From contig OX597830.1 of assembly GCA_951406725.2 (NCBI GenBank), forward strand, positions 31,930,001 through 31,994,000: DNA of 64,000 nucleotides, written 5' to 3'. The notes beneath the pieces are model-generated. The model was not told the DNA's origin. It saw only the letters and a list, made by a program, of their open reading frames with translations, and ran no database searches. The stretch comes from Octopus vulgaris. Taxonomy: Eukaryota. The position numbers and the translations under genes are program-made. Shown in pieces: positions 62,657 through 64,000 of this stretch. How positions within the stretch are numbered: the stretch's first letter is position 1; each line of letters starts with the position of its first letter.

Positions 62657-63055
62657 TTACTCTTTTTTCTTTTTCTTGTTTCAGTCATTTTACTGTGGCT
62701 ATGCTGGAGCACCGCCTTTAGTCGAACAAATCGACCCCAGGACTTATTCTTTGTAAGCCTAGTACTTATTCTATCAGTCTGTTTTGCCGAACCGCTAAGT
62801 TACGGGGACGTTGTGAAGCGATGTTGGGGGGGACAAGCAAAAACACACAAACATATACACACACATACATATATGTATATATATATATATATATACATAT
62901 ATATGAAGGGCTTCTTTCAGTTTCTGTCTACCAAATCCACTCACAAGGCTTTGGCCGGCCCGGGGCTATAGTAGACGACACTTGCCCAAGGTGACACACA
63001 GTGGGAATGAACCTGGAACTATGTGGTTGGTGAGCAAGCTACTTACCACACAAGC
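62657..63055 (-). mobile_element. SINE family A
   Basis: Reverse complement, head to tail. Confidence 0.9.
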
Positions 63056-63059
63056 AGCT

Positions 63060-63404
63060 AAGGAGAATGGAGTTACATGACATGACGTGTTTTGCTCAAA
63101 AACATAACGTATCACCCAGTCCAGGAATCGAATCCACAATCTTACAGTCATGGGTAAAGTAGGTTACCTTTTCGAATAATGCTAACTCATCAAGGCCCAT
63201 TTCCTGGTTTCATGGCATATATATACTCCACCTGGATGGGATGCTAGTCTGTTACAGGGTTACTCACTTTTGCCAGCTGAGTGGACTGGAGCAATGAGAA
63301 ATGAAGTGTTTTGCTCAAGGACACAATGCATCACCCAGTCCAGGAATTGAAACCACAATCTTACAATCATGAGTTCAACACTAACCACTATGCCATGCAC
63401 CTCC
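63060..63404 (-). mobile_element. SINE family D (partial copy 63060-63150 plus copy 63185-63404)
   Basis: gtgttttgctcaa...ccaggaatcgaa..cacaatcttaca occurs twice. Confidence 0.75.
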
Positions 63405-63652
63405 AAGTACTGAGGTCAATGTCACCACATTAACTTCTCCCCTCATTCAGGTGATGCTGGGTTTGAACACTGCAACAGATCAGTGTCTCATTCAAGGGTG
63501 ATGTGGTGATGTCCATAACTTATACGCCACGGGTGCTGCATAAGTGGCCCTATGACTTCTAAGGCCGAAGCAATTAAATACATCACTAATGAGCAAAAAT
63601 AGTCATAGAACACAGGTTTTTACATGGTGAATGGGTGAGGAAACAGTCGATT

Positions 63653-64000
63653 ATGTAGGAGTGGCTGTGTGCTAAGTAGCTTGCTTACCAACCACATGGT
63701 TCCGGGTTCAGTTCCACTACGTGGCACCTTGGGCAAGTGTCTTCTACTATAGTTTCGGGCTGACCAAAGCCTTGTGAATGGATTTGGTAGATGGAAACTG
63801 AAAGAAGCCCATCGCATATATGTATATATACATACATATATATATGTATGTGTGTGTGTATCTGTTTGTGTGTCTGTGTTTGTCCCCCCCAACATCGCTT
63901 GACAACCGATGCTGGTGTGTTACGTCCCCATAACTTAGAGACTGGTAGAATAAGTACTAGGCTTACAAAGAATAAGTCCTGAAGTTGATTTGCTCGACCA
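63653..64000 (+). mobile_element. SINE family A (runs off the window edge)
   Basis: Head gtaggagtggctgtgtgctaagtagc onward. Confidence 0.9.

Overview
AT-rich, microsatellite-saturated eukaryotic DNA. The SINE and LINE complement looks like an octopus (coleoid cephalopod) genome; this is an inference from the repeat families. No intact protein-coding gene is recognisable, and nearly all ORF-track entries are translations of (TA)n, (CA)n or triplet repeats. The window reads as intronic or 3'-gene DNA. It holds more than 20 copies of one tRNA-derived SINE (family A), several other SINE families, RTE-LINE 3' ends, R4/Dong-type fragments, decayed Tc1/mariner transposases, a Helentron-type (HINE) element and MITEs. 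Main result: at least five unrelated short repeats carry minimal type I hammerhead ribozyme (HHR) motifs and/or fold-back palindromes typical of Penelope-like element (PLE) ends, and a decayed GIY-YIG-like fragment lies at about 50.3-50.6 kb. One family is a ~300-bp chimera of tRNA-like Pol III head, (AAT)n linker and hammerhead tail, with a 5' gccc-ac-gggc hairpin and an inverted duplication. It occurs at 55.17-55.47 kb and as a head-to-head pair at 13.0-15.0 kb, and is a candidate PLE-mobilised ribozyme SINE (retrozyme-like). Most HHR copies are mutated. A weaker second hypothesis is a series of minus-strand splice acceptor + short ORF + stop units in TE-free islands, possibly alternative last exons of a large minus-strand gene.
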